Shown here: piece by piece, positions 54,287-63,967 of the stretch
How the letters are laid out: every line of letters starts with the position of its first letter
Position numbering within the stretch: position 1 is the first letter of the stretch
From: Minisyncoccota bacterium
GTDB taxonomy: Bacteria > Patescibacteriota > Minisyncoccia > Phycocordibacterales > Phycocordibacteraceae
NCBI GenBank assembly: GCA_035627655.1
Contig: DASPLI010000001.1
Span: forward strand, 601,605 to 665,604
DNA length: 64,000 bases
Direction: 5' to 3'
Position numbers and translations under genes: made by a program
Notes under the pieces: generated by a model
Database searches by the model: none
Seen by the model: the letters and a program-made list of their open reading frames with translations, nothing else
What the model was told of the DNA's origin: nothing

Positions 54287-54316
54287 GAAAGCCCCTTCCG
54301 GGGCTTTCTTCTTGAC
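54287..54316 (+). terminator. rho-independent terminator after rpmA
   Basis: AAAGCCCCTTCCGGGGCTTTCTTCTT. Confidence 0.55.
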
Positions 54317-54369
54317 ATTTGCATCCAGTAAGGCAAAGTGATTTTCGGACTAACCGTGGAGGTATTTTC

Positions 54370-54678
54370 ATGTCCACACCACACAAGATCCTGCTTCGTA
54401 TCCCAACGTCGAAGGAGCTTGATCTGATCTGCACGCAGGCCGTCAAGCCTGGGTTCGGTATGATGCTCGCCGGCTTTTTGATCCTCATTGTTGCTGCGCT
54501 GTTGGCCGTAATGACTCAATCGTGGCAAATAGCGACCATCGGCGGCGTGCTCGGCGGCGGCATCGCCGTTCTTGGCGTTGTTTATGTGCTCGTTGCAGAC
54601 GCCGCCGTTCGCTCGGTCATCATCGCGGCCGACAGCGAGGCAGAAACCCGGATCTTGAACGTCGAAGTTCCTACCTGA
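54370..54678 (+). CDS. small membrane protein (hypothetical)
   Basis: GGAGG SD before the ATG at 54370. Two TM helices. Confidence 0.4.
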   Translation: MSTPHKILLRIPTSKELDLICTQAVKPGFGMMLAGFLILIVAALLAVMTQSWQIATIGGVLGGGIAVLGVVYVLVADAAVRSVIIAADSEAETRILNVEVPT

Positions 54679-54682
54679 ACAA

Positions 54683-54722
54683 AACAGATGGCCGCCCATT
54701 CCGGGCGGCCATCTTCTGTTTC
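54683..54722. terminator. bidirectional terminator hairpin
   Basis: AGATGGCCGCCC, loop ATTCC, then GGGCGGCCATCT followed by TCTGTTTC. Confidence 0.55.
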
Positions 54723-54728
54723 TCTTTC

Positions 54729-55154
54729 TTACTCAGCGACGACTTCGATTGAAAACTTGCCGAACTGGTCTCCGTAGGAAACCGGAACCTCGAAGGTACC
54801 AAGCTCCTTGAACGGGCGCTCGATGCGGACACTATCGGCAGGAATGCCAGCAGCCTCTGCAATCTCCTTAGCATCTACCCCATCATAGAGATGACCCTGC
54901 TCATTCGCCTTCTTGGTAAAGGTGAGCTTGGTGTCTGCAAGCGCTGCGAGGCGGTCCTCCACAAGCTTAGCGGCAATCGCACGCTCCTGCTCTGCCTGCT
55001 TGGCACGTACCTCTACCTGCTTGAGCGTTGCCGGAGTTGCCGGAACCGCAAGCCCGCGAGGAATAAGAAGGTTCAAAGCGTGGCCGTCTTTTACGTCAAC
55101 GGCGGTATATGCCTTGCCCGTTCCCTTGATGTCTTTCAGTAAAACGACTTTCAT
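54729..55154 (-). CDS. rplI: 50S ribosomal protein L9
   Basis: MKVVLLKDIKGTGKAYTAVDVKDGHALNLLIPRGLA. Confidence 0.85.
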   Translation of the reverse strand: MKVVLLKDIKGTGKAYTAVDVKDGHALNLLIPRGLAVPATPATLKQVEVRAKQAEQERAIAAKLVEDRLAALADTKLTFTKKANEQGHLYDGVDAKEIAEAAGIPADSVRIERPFKELGTFEVPVSYGDQFGKFSIEVVAE

Positions 55155-55199
55155 GATTTGGCCATCCTACCGTCCCAACGAACCTTATGCAAATGACCC

Positions 55200-56198
55200 C
55201 TAGAAAGCCGAGTGGACGCTTGCCGCCTGACCGTCGGTCGGAACCTCAAGCGCTGGGCCGCCAATGGTGTTGAAGGCCATAAGGCCTACCACGATCACCA
55301 GGAGTGCGAAGGTGCCGCCGAGTGCTTCAACATACGGCGCCCGCAGGTGAGCAGCGATCGAAAGGATGAGGAGAATGCCAACCGCTCCCGCGAGAATTGA
55401 GAAGACGATCGTCATGGTGTGGTCAGGAGAAGCGGCCGCTTCCGCCACAAACGCAGGCACCTGCGGCGAAGAAATTACGGGCGCAGCCTCGCCAAGCACC
55501 GTCGTTTCAGCTGGCTCTTCGGTCACCACTTCCGATACGATCGGAGTTGGTTCTGGCTCAGGTATAACCTCCGGTTCAGAAATGACCGGAGTCGGTTCTG
55601 GCGCAACGACAGCAACTGTTCGCGGAGACGCAAAGTACTGCACCACAAATGTTACTTCTTCTCCCTTGTATATGCCGCGAGCAGTCGCAATGCCAATCTC
55701 CGTATACACAGGCTTTACGATATTCGCCCGATGCGTCGGCGAGTTCATCCACGCTTCTTCTACTTCAGCAGAGTCTTCAAAATTCACCGCGAGATTCTCC
55801 CCAGCATACTCGTAATCGTAGCCAGCTTCGGCAATCCAGTACCACGGCTCACGACCATCAGGCGTTACATGGGAGAAGTAGCCCTTCGCGGCCATATCGT
55901 TTGCCTTGAGCTGCGCAGCTTTCATCAAGAGCGCATTTTCGGTTACCTGCCCAACCCCGTGTTCTTCGCGGTCCGCGTTGGTAAGCGAGATCAGAACGCC
56001 CGGCAGCACAGACGCAAGAAAGCCTTCACTCTTGAACGCGACCTCCTTCCCGACAACATAGATGCCCTGTATGAGGAGCACAGCGAGCAGCAATCCGACA
56101 ATAACTTCGGTTGCAAGAATCTTTGGACGGTAGTCGTTCCCCTGATGCGGGACGAGATGATCCTTCACGTGCTCATGCCAGCGCTTCTGAGGATTCAT
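55200..56198 (-). CDS. membrane-anchored CAP/SCP/PR-1 domain protein (YkwD-like) with Pro/Glu-rich linker
   Basis: GYFSHVTPDG...GENLA...EAWMNSPTHRANI. Has N-terminal and C-terminal TM helices. Confidence 0.65.
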   Translation of the reverse strand: MNPQKRWHEHVKDHLVPHQGNDYRPKILATEVIVGLLLAVLLIQGIYVVGKEVAFKSEGFLASVLPGVLISLTNADREEHGVGQVTENALLMKAAQLKANDMAAKGYFSHVTPDGREPWYWIAEAGYDYEYAGENLAVNFEDSAEVEEAWMNSPTHRANIVKPVYTEIGIATARGIYKGEEVTFVVQYFASPRTVAVVAPEPTPVISEPEVIPEPEPTPIVSEVVTEEPAETTVLGEAAPVISSPQVPAFVAEAAASPDHTMTIVFSILAGAVGILLILSIAAHLRAPYVEALGGTFALLVIVVGLMAFNTIGGPALEVPTDGQAASVHSAF

Positions 56199-56273
56199 TG
56201 GATAATATAATCACACATATATTGGATAAACGCAAACCGCCACCCTGTGGGTGGCGGTTTAGCGAGGTGTGCG

Positions 56274-58712
56274 CTACGGAAGCGCAGGAACCGGAAGCAC
56301 TGCTGGGGCGCAGTGGAGCGAGTTGATCTTCCACTGAGTCAGCTTGTAGACCGTGCCGGTCGGGGTGTGGTCGGTCGCAAGACCAAACGGCACCCATGGG
56401 GCGAGCACTTCCTCCCAGTACTTGATCTGGAAGACGTTCACCGCCTCCACCGTTGCAGCGTCGTAGATACCATTCACTTCAAGCGAGAGGGACAGTTCTC
56501 CGTTAAGGAACTCCTGGAGAAGCTTCACCTGCTCTGGAAGGTTGTTGGCACTACCCTGGTACAGATAGCTCGTGAGGAGCGGTACGCAGGCATCCGGGCC
56601 GGTTTCGGCACCGAGAACTTCGCCGCCATCGTCATCGTTGTCGGCGCGATCGCGCGGATCGTTGCGTCCGCCGCCATCACGGTTACCCTGCTCTTCCTCT
56701 GGAGTCTCTGCGACACAGAGATCGCCAGCGTCATTCACTTCCATGCCGTCCGGACACTCCGTCGGCGGGAACGGTACGAACACACACATCGGTGCGTCCC
56801 CTTCCATGACGAGGTCATAGTGATCGGGACAGACCGGGCGGGTCGAGTCAGCGACGCACATGCCGCTCTCCTCGTCGTAGCCGTAGTTTTCTGGACAATC
56901 AAACGGAACGTCATCAGCCACACACATGAACTCATCGTTCATGCTCGTGCCTTCAGGACATTCTGCCGGAGTACCAGGCTCCTCGCCTTCGCCAGGACAC
57001 ATGCCGTCTACCGGAGATGCCTCGTTCGGGCAGGTCGGCGCTTCAGGCGTAGTGTCCTCGCACAGACCAGTGTCTGAGTTGAGGCTCATGCCTTCTGGGC
57101 AAGACGGCTCAACTGGTTCTGCTTCACAGAGGCCAGTCTGGCTGTTGTATGAGCCGATAGGACATGGGTTTGGTGAGCCTTCCGACTCAGGAACGCACAT
57201 ACCCTGTTCGATGTAGTACCCCTCCGGGCAGGTCGGAGTCACCGGATCAACCGTCTCCGTATCAACGGTGACAGTAACGTCCTGCGAATCCGTATCCTCG
57301 CCATCAGAGACGATCACCGAGAAGGTGTGCGTGCCAAGATCGCTCTCATCCATAAGCCACGAGAAGAGACCTGTGCCGCTGTCGATGCTTGCACCCTCTG
57401 GCTCTCCGGAGAGGCTGAAGGTAAGCGTATCCTCGTCAGCGTCCGTTGCGTCTGCGTCAAACGATGCAGTCTCGCCCGGAATAACGAAGAGGTCAGCGAT
57501 GAAGTCGAGCACCGGTGCGTTGTTGCCTTCTACGATAATAAGATCGTAGGAGACCGTACAGGTGTATGCCTCGCCCGCATCTGCCGTACCGCTACAGGTA
57601 CCCGTAAGATCGCTCGTGTAACCGCTCACTGCGTCGGCAGTTACCGCGAAGGTATCGCCGTCGTTGAGGGTTACCTGACCGCTGTAATCACCTGCAGCGC
57701 CGCCGTTGATGCTGACGTTTGCGCCAGCACCGGTCGGGCTGCCAGGAACAACGACATCAAGGGTTGCGGTAGTGACTGGGAACAAGAAGGTCACCGTGTT
57801 GTCCGTTGCTGTTGACGCGGTGTTTCCGTTACCTGCACCATCCTGAGCCTTGTTAGCACCAATAGAGGCCGTCACGGTGCCCGGACCGGTCATGCCAGTG
57901 ACGGTAACCGTGTAGGTCGTGCCGCTACCAGAGACGAGCGCAGTGTTTGCACCAGCCGTACCGCCAAGCATTACGTCACCAGCTGCAAAGCCGGTTACTG
58001 ACTCGCTGAAGACAACCGTGAACTCAATCGTTGGATCGAGGGTCGGATCATCCTGACCAGCTGCCTGGTTGATGGTTACGGTAGGAGCGGTGGTGTCTGG
58101 AAGAGACCCATCTACCGACACGCCGTCGACGCGGAAGAATTCGTTTTCATCGAATCCGTCGTCTGACGCGCTTCGGAAGCGAATTGAGAAGTTGTTGCTA
58201 TTGATGCCTCCCGGAATGCTTACCGTCTGAAGGCTGCTCCAGCCTTCATGCACGTTATTGTTTCCGTCGTCGAGTTCATGAGAAGCAAGCTGCGTCCAGC
58301 CAGACGCGGTACATGAGCTACCGTTTCTAACTTCTACGTATGCATTCTCATTGTTTTCTGCATCAGCGTCTCCGCGCCAGTAATAGCTTAGAGAGAGCGA
58401 GGTGTAACCCGCTGCGCTGATGTTTTCACAAATCCATTCGCCATCTGCAATCTTGGCGAAGCGTCCGCCGTTTGGACTTGCTGTGTCCTCACCGCTGCCG
58501 CTTGGATTCTGTGCTCTGGTGGAACTGTCATCATCGTCACCTTCTTCGTCCCAGCCAGAAATGTTGTCTGTGCTTGAGCCGGAACCGAAACCATCCGAGA
58601 AGATGGTTGCGGCGGTCGCCGATGAGAATGTTCCCCCGAGAAGGAGGGCGGCAATCATTGCGACAGCAACAATGCCAAGCCCCGCCTTCCGAAGAACGGA
58701 GTTCATAGTCAT
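56274..58712 (-). CDS. large secreted/cell-surface protein: Ig-like domains, eight tandem Cys-pair mini-repeats, C-terminal peptidoglycan-binding domain
   Basis: Signal peptide and Ig-like regions. There are eight CPxG..x(5-8)..G.C repeats (CPEGYYIEQGMCVPE ... CPDGMEVNDAGDLCVA). The C-terminus YQGSANNLPEQVKLLQEFLN...GIYDAATVEAVNVFQ matches PG_binding_1. Confidence 0.75.
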   Translation of the reverse strand: MTMNSVLRKAGLGIVAVAMIAALLLGGTFSSATAATIFSDGFGSGSSTDNISGWDEEGDDDDSSTRAQNPSGSGEDTASPNGGRFAKIADGEWICENISAAGYTSLSLSYYWRGDADAENNENAYVEVRNGSSCTASGWTQLASHELDDGNNNVHEGWSSLQTVSIPGGINSNNFSIRFRSASDDGFDENEFFRVDGVSVDGSLPDTTAPTVTINQAAGQDDPTLDPTIEFTVVFSESVTGFAAGDVMLGGTAGANTALVSGSGTTYTVTVTGMTGPGTVTASIGANKAQDGAGNGNTASTATDNTVTFLFPVTTATLDVVVPGSPTGAGANVSINGGAAGDYSGQVTLNDGDTFAVTADAVSGYTSDLTGTCSGTADAGEAYTCTVSYDLIIVEGNNAPVLDFIADLFVIPGETASFDADATDADEDTLTFSLSGEPEGASIDSGTGLFSWLMDESDLGTHTFSVIVSDGEDTDSQDVTVTVDTETVDPVTPTCPEGYYIEQGMCVPESEGSPNPCPIGSYNSQTGLCEAEPVEPSCPEGMSLNSDTGLCEDTTPEAPTCPNEASPVDGMCPGEGEEPGTPAECPEGTSMNDEFMCVADDVPFDCPENYGYDEESGMCVADSTRPVCPDHYDLVMEGDAPMCVFVPFPPTECPDGMEVNDAGDLCVAETPEEEQGNRDGGGRNDPRDRADNDDDGGEVLGAETGPDACVPLLTSYLYQGSANNLPEQVKLLQEFLNGELSLSLEVNGIYDAATVEAVNVFQIKYWEEVLAPWVPFGLATDHTPTGTVYKLTQWKINSLHCAPAVLPVPALP

Positions 58713-58983
58713 GGTTATGTTCTAACGTAAATAAGTAAACGAACCGGTCTATAGCATTTGCCCTGCTATAAAGCGCACTATGCCTGGGTACAGACCAGAG
58801 TCAAGCGGTGCCTACATGTGGATATGACAGAAGATGACGCTGTCACCTGTCCCGCCCTCCCCTCTGAACTGTCGAGAGCTTTGTAGAAGCTTATAAATAG
58901 TGCCTTCCTATAGGACAACAGTCTCAAGGACATATCGGACATACAAAAACACCCCATGGTCGGGGTGTTTTTGCCTGTGGATA

Positions 58984-60222
58984 CTATTCCCCGTTGAGGA
59001 GGAACTGGACCGCTCGATCCATCTGCGGATCCTTGCCCGCAACAACATCATCCTGGGTGCGATCCACCTCAATATCCGGGAGTAAGCCGCCTGCGGCGAT
59101 TGAGCGGCCGGACGGCGTAAGCCAGCGCGCAACCGTGATCTTGAGCGAGCCGCCAGCAATATCGACGAGCTCTTGCACCGATCCTTTACCAAATGAGTGC
59201 GTACCGATGAGCGTCGCCTTATCCGTATCCTGGAGTGCGCCAGCCACAATCTCACTTGCAGAGGCAGAACCCTGGTTCATAAGCACGACAACGCGCGCAC
59301 CCTCTGAAATACCACCGGTGCCGCGTGAACGGTGCACGATATTGTCCTGATGACCTGCGTAGTCTTCGGTAACGATCACTGAACCTTCTGGAAGGAAGTG
59401 GCTTGCAACCGAGACGGCAGACTCAAGGTAGCCGCCCGGGTTTCCGCGAAGATCGATAATGAGCATCTTGGAGCCGGAGTTCCTAAACTCGGCAAGTGCG
59501 CGGTTGAAGAGCGAGCCGGAGTTTGCGCTAAAGCTGTAGAAGGAGATCACGAAGACGCCGTCGGGGCGAAGCGCCGTTTCAATGGTCGGCACCTGGATAA
59601 CGTCGCGCACAACCGGAATCGTGAGCGATTCCTCGTCTCGAACAACGTTGAAGGTAACCGTTGTTCCCTTCGGGCCACGGATGATCTTTACTGCCTCGTC
59701 GGTCGACATGCCTTCCGTCGACTGATCATCGATTCGCGTGATCTGATCTCCGATCAAGAGGCCGGCACGCTCTGCCGGCGTACCCTTCATAGGCGCAATG
59801 ACGGTCAAAATGCCGTCTTTCACCCCGATCTCCATGCCGACGCCGCTAAAACTGCCACTGATGTCTTCGGCGAAGACTTTGGCGTCTTCAGGACGCATGA
59901 AGAGCGTGTATGGGTCGCCATAGCTCTCGGCAAGCCCTTCCATAGCGCCCCAAATACGCTCTTTTGCCGACGGCTCGGTCGAGCTTGCATGCGTGGAAAC
60001 AAAGCGAGATTCAAGAACGTTCCAGGTTTTCCAGAAGCCGGAGAGGTCGACGGAGCTGTCCGGAGTCGCATCAAGACTTCCGGAGAAGAGCGGGATGCTG
60101 CCGCCGCGCTCGCCAAACGAGACGCCGCCAATGAATGAGAGGCCGGCAACCAGCGCAAATAGTACGCCGAGCCGCACGAGGCCCTTTCCTGCCTTTTCAT
60201 TCTGCCCGGAACTATCAATCAT
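58984..60222 (-). CDS. carboxy-terminal processing protease (S41, Ctp/Prc) with PDZ domain
   Basis: Signal anchor, a PDZ domain (GDQITRIDD...) and LIIDLRGNPGGYLESAV (S41 catalytic region). Start taken at MIDSS (minus 60222), with alternatives at 60261 and 60354. Confidence 0.75.
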   Translation of the reverse strand: MIDSSGQNEKAGKGLVRLGVLFALVAGLSFIGGVSFGERGGSIPLFSGSLDATPDSSVDLSGFWKTWNVLESRFVSTHASSTEPSAKERIWGAMEGLAESYGDPYTLFMRPEDAKVFAEDISGSFSGVGMEIGVKDGILTVIAPMKGTPAERAGLLIGDQITRIDDQSTEGMSTDEAVKIIRGPKGTTVTFNVVRDEESLTIPVVRDVIQVPTIETALRPDGVFVISFYSFSANSGSLFNRALAEFRNSGSKMLIIDLRGNPGGYLESAVSVASHFLPEGSVIVTEDYAGHQDNIVHRSRGTGGISEGARVVVLMNQGSASASEIVAGALQDTDKATLIGTHSFGKGSVQELVDIAGGSLKITVARWLTPSGRSIAAGGLLPDIEVDRTQDDVVAGKDPQMDRAVQFLLNGE

Positions 60223-60259
60223 TCCGCAAGTATAGCATGCAGGGGGTATACTGGATCGC

Positions 60260-61174
60260 ATGATCACGAGACATGAACGTTCCGGGATGACCTGGATAGA
60301 CCTAGAAGCACCGTCGCGCGAAGAATTGCGATCCGTTGTCGAAGAATTCGGCATCGATCCGGAAATTGAAGGAGAAATTATCGCTCCGACACCCTATCCG
60401 CTCTTCGTTACTTCTCCGGAACACCACTATCTCATTCTCCACTTCCCGACAACTGATGCTGCCGGCGGCGCACGCAATCAGGAAATCGACATTATTCTCG
60501 GCAAGCACTACCTCATTACGGTTCGGTACGAAGTCGTTTCCACAATTCAGACACTCCATCGCGCCTTTGAAGCAGAAGAGCTGCTTGGCATTCCAAAGGA
60601 GAATGCTGGTCCGGTCCTCGTTGAGCGCGTGCTTCGACGCCTCTACGCCGCCATGGGCGAAGAGATCGAGCGCATCGCGCGCCAACTCGACCGCATTGAG
60701 GCAGACATTTTCGCCGGCAAAGAAAAGAAGACGGTCCGCTCCATTTCGGAAGCCGGTCGCGTCCTCCTTCGCTTCGATACCACCCTTGCCCGCCACGAAG
60801 AGCCGCTCAAGACCTTCCTTGGAGAGCTACAGACCTCGTCCTTCTTCGGCAAGGGGTTTGCGGCAGCTGCCTCCCGCATCGAGGCGGAGCGGGCACATAC
60901 CGCTTCGCTCGTCACTGCCTATCGGGCCGTTGCGCGCGAGCTTCGCACCACGAACGATTCGCTACTTTCCTCCTCTCAAAACGACGTCATGAAGGTGTTT
61001 ACGGTCATCACAGTCGCCTTCCTTCCCCTCACCCTTATTGCCGGACTGTTCGGCATGCACACGGTCCATGAACCGATCCTTGGAAGCGCGAACGACTTCT
61101 GGATCGTGATCGGCCTTATGGTGCTTGTTGAGTTCGTGCTGATGCTCTTCCTTAAGTGGAAGCGCTGGATATAA
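60260..61174 (+). CDS. CorA-like divalent cation transporter (GMH variant of the GMN motif)
   Basis: Cytoplasmic N-domain plus two C-terminal TM helices with LFGMHTVHEP at the TM1 end. Confidence 0.65.
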   Translation: MITRHERSGMTWIDLEAPSREELRSVVEEFGIDPEIEGEIIAPTPYPLFVTSPEHHYLILHFPTTDAAGGARNQEIDIILGKHYLITVRYEVVSTIQTLHRAFEAEELLGIPKENAGPVLVERVLRRLYAAMGEEIERIARQLDRIEADIFAGKEKKTVRSISEAGRVLLRFDTTLARHEEPLKTFLGELQTSSFFGKGFAAAASRIEAERAHTASLVTAYRAVARELRTTNDSLLSSSQNDVMKVFTVITVAFLPLTLIAGLFGMHTVHEPILGSANDFWIVIGLMVLVEFVLMLFLKWKRWI

Positions 61175-61177
61175 GGC

Positions 61178-62596
61178 ATGTGGCCGTTTGGTAGCAAGAC
61201 CAAAGAACTTTTCTTCACCAACTCCCTGACGGGTAAGAAGGAGTTATTTGTGCCGCTTCGTCGCGGCCGTGCACTGCTCTACTCCTGCGGCCCGACCGTC
61301 TATGGCCCTGTGCAGATCGGCAACCTGCGCTCCTTTATCCTTGCCGACCTTGCCGCACGCGCACTCACGCAAGCTGGGTATCGCGTACAGCGCGTCATGA
61401 ACGTTACCGACGTTGGCCACCTGGTTGGCGACGGGGACGAGGGCGAAGACAAAATGGCAGTCGGTGCCAAGCGCGAGGCGACGACGCCTGAAGCCATTGC
61501 GGATCGGTATACGAAGCAGTTTCTTGAGGATATTGCCGCACTCAATATAGAGACGCCACAGATCCGCTTCCCGCGTGCAAGCGAATACATCGCCGAAGAT
61601 ATCGAGATGATCGAACTCCTCTCGAAGAAGGGCTACACCTACACCACGGCAGATGGCGTTTACTTTGATACCTCGAAGTTCCCGTCCTACGGAGAGCTGG
61701 GCGGCCTCAAACATGCAGAACTCCAGGCCGGTGCGCGCGTTGCGGTTGGTGAGAAGCGCTCCCCGCACGATTTCGTACTCTGGCGCGCTGCAAAGCAAAA
61801 CGATCTGCAGCAGTGGGATTCCCCGTGGGGCAAAGGAAACCCAGGCTGGTCTATTGAATGCTCTGCCATGGCAACCGAGCTACTTGGTTCGCAAATTGAC
61901 ATCCATACGGGCGGTGAAGACCTCGCAGCGATCCATCACAACAATGAGATCGCGCAGTCCGAGTGCTCATCTGGAAAGACTCCGTTCGTGAAGTACTGGC
62001 TGCATGGCGCGTTTCTAAACGCAAACGGCGAGAAGCTCTCTAAGTCGCTCGGGAACTCCTTTACGCTTGGCGAGCTCAGAGAAAAGGGATTCCACCCGCT
62101 TTCGCTTCGCTATCTTTTCTTGCAGGCGCATTACCGCTCCCCTCTTTCCTTCACCCTTGAAGCGCTTACTGCTTCGCAAGAAGCGTTGACCCGCCTCTGG
62201 CGCATAGCAACTGACCTTGGAGCGGGAGCGACAAAAGAGTCTGCAGCCTCTCGCCGCCTTGCTGCTGCGCTCCGCGATGACCTGGGAACTCCGCAAGCGC
62301 TTGCACTCCTCTGGGAAGCGCTCCAGAACCACACCCTCTCTGCTGACGAGAAGCGCGGGGTGCTTACATGCGCCGAAGCCGTCTTTGGCCTCTCCCTCCT
62401 CCACCCCCCAAAGCTCTCCTTTACACTTGCTGAACTACCCGAGGATATACAGACCATCGCTAAGGAGCGCGAGAGTGCCCGGGCTGCCAAGGACTACGCC
62501 CGCTCGGACGAGCTGCGTATCCACCTCCAAAACCGGGGATATGCTGTGGAAGACACGGCTTCCGGACCCCTCTTCACCTCGAGCGAAAAAGAGTAG
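61178..62596 (+). CDS. cysS: cysteinyl-tRNA synthetase
   Basis: YSCGPTVYGPVQIGNLRS (CysRS N-terminus with QIGN in the HIGH position), KLSKSLGN (KMSKS) and zinc ligands (C..C..H). Confidence 0.85.
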   Translation: MWPFGSKTKELFFTNSLTGKKELFVPLRRGRALLYSCGPTVYGPVQIGNLRSFILADLAARALTQAGYRVQRVMNVTDVGHLVGDGDEGEDKMAVGAKREATTPEAIADRYTKQFLEDIAALNIETPQIRFPRASEYIAEDIEMIELLSKKGYTYTTADGVYFDTSKFPSYGELGGLKHAELQAGARVAVGEKRSPHDFVLWRAAKQNDLQQWDSPWGKGNPGWSIECSAMATELLGSQIDIHTGGEDLAAIHHNNEIAQSECSSGKTPFVKYWLHGAFLNANGEKLSKSLGNSFTLGELREKGFHPLSLRYLFLQAHYRSPLSFTLEALTASQEALTRLWRIATDLGAGATKESAASRRLAAALRDDLGTPQALALLWEALQNHTLSADEKRGVLTCAEAVFGLSLLHPPKLSFTLAELPEDIQTIAKERESARAAKDYARSDELRIHLQNRGYAVEDTASGPLFTSSEKE

Positions 62597-62608
62597 AATG
62601 GTCGAGTA

Positions 62609-63967
62609 ATGGCCAGCTCCGCACTTCGCATACCACCGCAAAGCCTTGAATCAGAGCGTGCGCTTCTGGGTGCACTTCTGTTGAAGCCAGACGCTATTCA
62701 CGATGTCGCAGATATCGTGAAGGGTGATTCGTTCTACGCGGAGAAGCATAAGCTTATTTACGAAGCGATGCGTGAGCTAACGGATCGCGGCGAACCGGTC
62801 GACCTCCTTTCCCTTTCCGAGAAACTGCAAAATAACGGCAACCTCGAGCGTATTGGCGGACGAGCCTATCTGGCCGAACTCTCCAACGCCGCTCCGGCTC
62901 CCGGCAACTATGCCCACTACGCGGACTTGGTCTCCCGCAAGCATCTAATGCGCTCCTTGATTGATGTAGCGCACGAAATCACTGAAAACTGCTACGACGA
63001 GGCGCGCGACACGCACCTTGTGCTTGATGAGGCGGAAAAAGCAGTGATGGCGATCGGCAACAACGTTGCTGCGCATAAGTTCGTTGGCATCAGCGAAAAA
63101 CTCCATAGCACTTGGGAGCGCATTGAAACCCTTTCAAAGAAAGAAGATGGTATCCGCGGGGTGCCGACCGGCCTCTCGGGACTTGATAACCTTCTCTCCG
63201 GTCTTCATCCGTCCGACCTCATCATTCTTGCTGCTCGCCCATCCGTCGGTAAGTCCTCTCTCATGCTCGACATTGCTCGCAACGCCGCAAAGAGCGGCTT
63301 CCCGGTCGGCATCTTCTCCTTGGAAATGAGTTCCGAGCAGCTCATCGACCGTATGCTTGCCGCCGAGTCATACGTCGACTCCTGGAAGATCCGCACGGGC
63401 GCCGTGCGCGAAGAAGAAGATTTCGCCAAGATTCGCGACGCGCTTGAGAACCTCTCGAAGATGCCGATCTATATCGACGACAAGCCGGGCAATAACATTC
63501 TTTCCATGCGCGCAGTGGCCCGCCGCCTGAAGCGCGAGCAAGGCATTGGCCTTATCGTGGTCGACTATCTCCAGCTCATGACCCCAGTCGGAAGCAAGGC
63601 ATCAGATTCCCTGGTACAGCAGGTCACGGAAATCTCCCGCTCCCTCAAGTCGCTTGCGCGCGAGATTGAAGTGCCGGTCCTCGCACTCTCCCAGCTGTCT
63701 CGCGCCGTGGAGCAGCGTGGCGGCAAGCCGCGACTCTCTGACTTGCGCGACTCTGGCTCTATTGAACAGGACGCCGACGTCGTGATGTTCATCCATCGCG
63801 AAGACCGCACCAATCCCGACAGCGACCGGCAGAACATCGCCGAAATTCTCGTTGAAAAGCACCGTAACGGTCCGACCGGGCGCGTCGAACTCTTCTTCGA
63901 CGACAAGCGCACGAGCTTCATGTCGCTTGATACCAAGGGCTACGGTGATCTTGCAAACGAATTCTAG
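62609..63967 (+). CDS. dnaB: replicative DNA helicase
   Basis: 452 aa. Walker A ARPSVGKSS, then the H2, H3 and H4 helicase motifs. Confidence 0.9.
   Translation: MASSALRIPPQSLESERALLGALLLKPDAIHDVADIVKGDSFYAEKHKLIYEAMRELTDRGEPVDLLSLSEKLQNNGNLERIGGRAYLAELSNAAPAPGNYAHYADLVSRKHLMRSLIDVAHEITENCYDEARDTHLVLDEAEKAVMAIGNNVAAHKFVGISEKLHSTWERIETLSKKEDGIRGVPTGLSGLDNLLSGLHPSDLIILAARPSVGKSSLMLDIARNAAKSGFPVGIFSLEMSSEQLIDRMLAAESYVDSWKIRTGAVREEEDFAKIRDALENLSKMPIYIDDKPGNNILSMRAVARRLKREQGIGLIVVDYLQLMTPVGSKASDSLVQQVTEISRSLKSLAREIEVPVLALSQLSRAVEQRGGKPRLSDLRDSGSIEQDADVVMFIHREDRTNPDSDRQNIAEILVEKHRNGPTGRVELFFDDKRTSFMSLDTKGYGDLANEF

Noticed and set aside
56247-57077. 276-aa plus-strand ORF overlapping the large surface-protein gene
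   Set aside because: Antisense shadow of the repeat region. Arg/Cys-rich and implausible.
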